Source: a virus
Lineage: Duplodnaviria > Caudoviricetes
IMG/VR virus record: IMGVR_UViG_3300031555_000867
Span: 4,383 to 68,382 of that record
Strand: one strand, 5' to 3'
Length of the DNA stretch: 64,000 nucleotides
Shown: in pieces, positions 63,460 to 64,000 of the stretch
Layout of the letters: every line of letters starts with the position of its first letter
Position numbering within the stretch: position 1 is the stretch's first letter
Translations under genes and position numbers: made by a program
The notes under the pieces: model-generated
What the model was told of the DNA's origin: nothing
The model's database searches: none
Seen by the model: only the letters and a program-made list of their open reading frames with translations

Positions 63460-64000
63460 TTAGATAGGCAGTGTCATCTGCTCGAATGACTCCTCATCGT
63501 CAGATGCTTCTGCCCCACCATCTTCTTCACTTACCGGAAACTTCATCTCTACCGTGAACTTACCATCATCGTATGGAATGTGACGGTTGCGAGGATTCCA
63601 CTTCTTGAGACATTCGTTAATATCTCGGTTCCATGTACAATCATCAAACAGATTCACTTCGAGTGGAGTAAGCAATCTTTGGTCTGATTCGATAGCGTGT
63701 ACTGCATCCCTTCTGAGTTTGTACTTCCCATACACCGTATGCCAGTTGTATGCCCATTCAGGGAACAATCCCTCCACTTTCTCACAGTCATCCAGTGATT
63801 TCTTGATACGGATTGATTGATAATCCATTACCCCATCAAATCTCATCCCATCGTATGCGAGCAATCTGTCCTTGGTAGGTTTCTCTGTCCAAAACAGTAC
63901 CATGGCTTTTGCAACGAAGATTGTCTCCTCTGCCGGTTTCGTCATGTTCTTATTCGATGTCTCCAATGCCTGAACTTCTGCAATCAGATGAGGTCTGTGT
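63460..64000 (-). CDS. hypothetical protein (frame open to the right edge)
   Basis: ORF track gives 63460-63966, but the frame has no stop up to 64000. Confidence 0.6.
   Translation of the reverse strand, partial: HRPHLIAEVQALETSNKNMTKPAEETIFVAKAMVLFWTEKPTKDRLLAYDGMRFDGVMDYQSIRIKKSLDDCEKVEGLFPEWAYNWHTVYGKYKLRRDAVHAIESDQRLLTPLEVNLFDDCTWNRDINECLKKWNPRNRHIPYDDGKFTVEMKFPVSEEDGGAEASDDEESFEQMTLPI

Noticed and set aside
155-63820. The many plus-strand ORFs in the track, including 45260-46291 and 53554-54273
   Set aside because: All are shadows of better-supported minus-strand genes and have no recognisable motifs.
1-64000. Further DGR variable repeats, tRNA genes or rRNA
   Set aside because: A by-eye search for the TR core (GAGCGGCCACC, AACACCCCTGCA) found only three copies and no tRNA/rRNA signatures. 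A computational scan (BLASTN of the TR, tRNAscan-SE) would be needed to exclude degenerate ones.

Overview
The window is 64 kb of a tailed-phage (or prophage) genome with essentially all genes on the minus strand. Gene content points to a contractile-tailed phage of a Clostridia/Lachnospiraceae-like host (inference). In transcription order (right to left) it holds: terminase, an extended portal, a Mu-F/gp7 head protein, prohead protease/scaffold, major capsid, neck, sheath/tube, tail chaperone, tape measure and baseplate; then a complete diversity-generating retroelement (DGR: target gene, avd, template repeat, reverse transcriptase); then lysis genes; then about 31 kb of mostly small accessory genes in operons driven by five copies of a ~110-bp promoter/operator module. 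The strongest finding is that one 113-bp DGR template repeat (35571-35683) matches two variable repeats. VR1 is in the adjacent tail-tip lectin-fold gene (36257-36369, 15 mismatches). VR2 is in a paralog about 30.6 kb away among non-structural genes (4925-5037, 14 mismatches). Every mismatch is at a template adenine, and each VR has its own GAGA-loop hairpin 43-46 nt downstream. Other notable items: a portal fused to a Nudix hydrolase and a toxin-like tip followed by a CPCC protein; a head-region gene frameshifted at a G9 tract; a -1 slippery site in the tail chaperone; an RlmN-like radical SAM protein lacking the usual resolving cysteine; an iteron-like 12-bp-period array in the tail operon; an orphan MazF/PemK; a HAD-dUTPase fusion; peptide deformylase. 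No CRISPR array, rRNA, tRNA or integrase was recognised. Family assignments come from motif recognition by eye, not from database searches.
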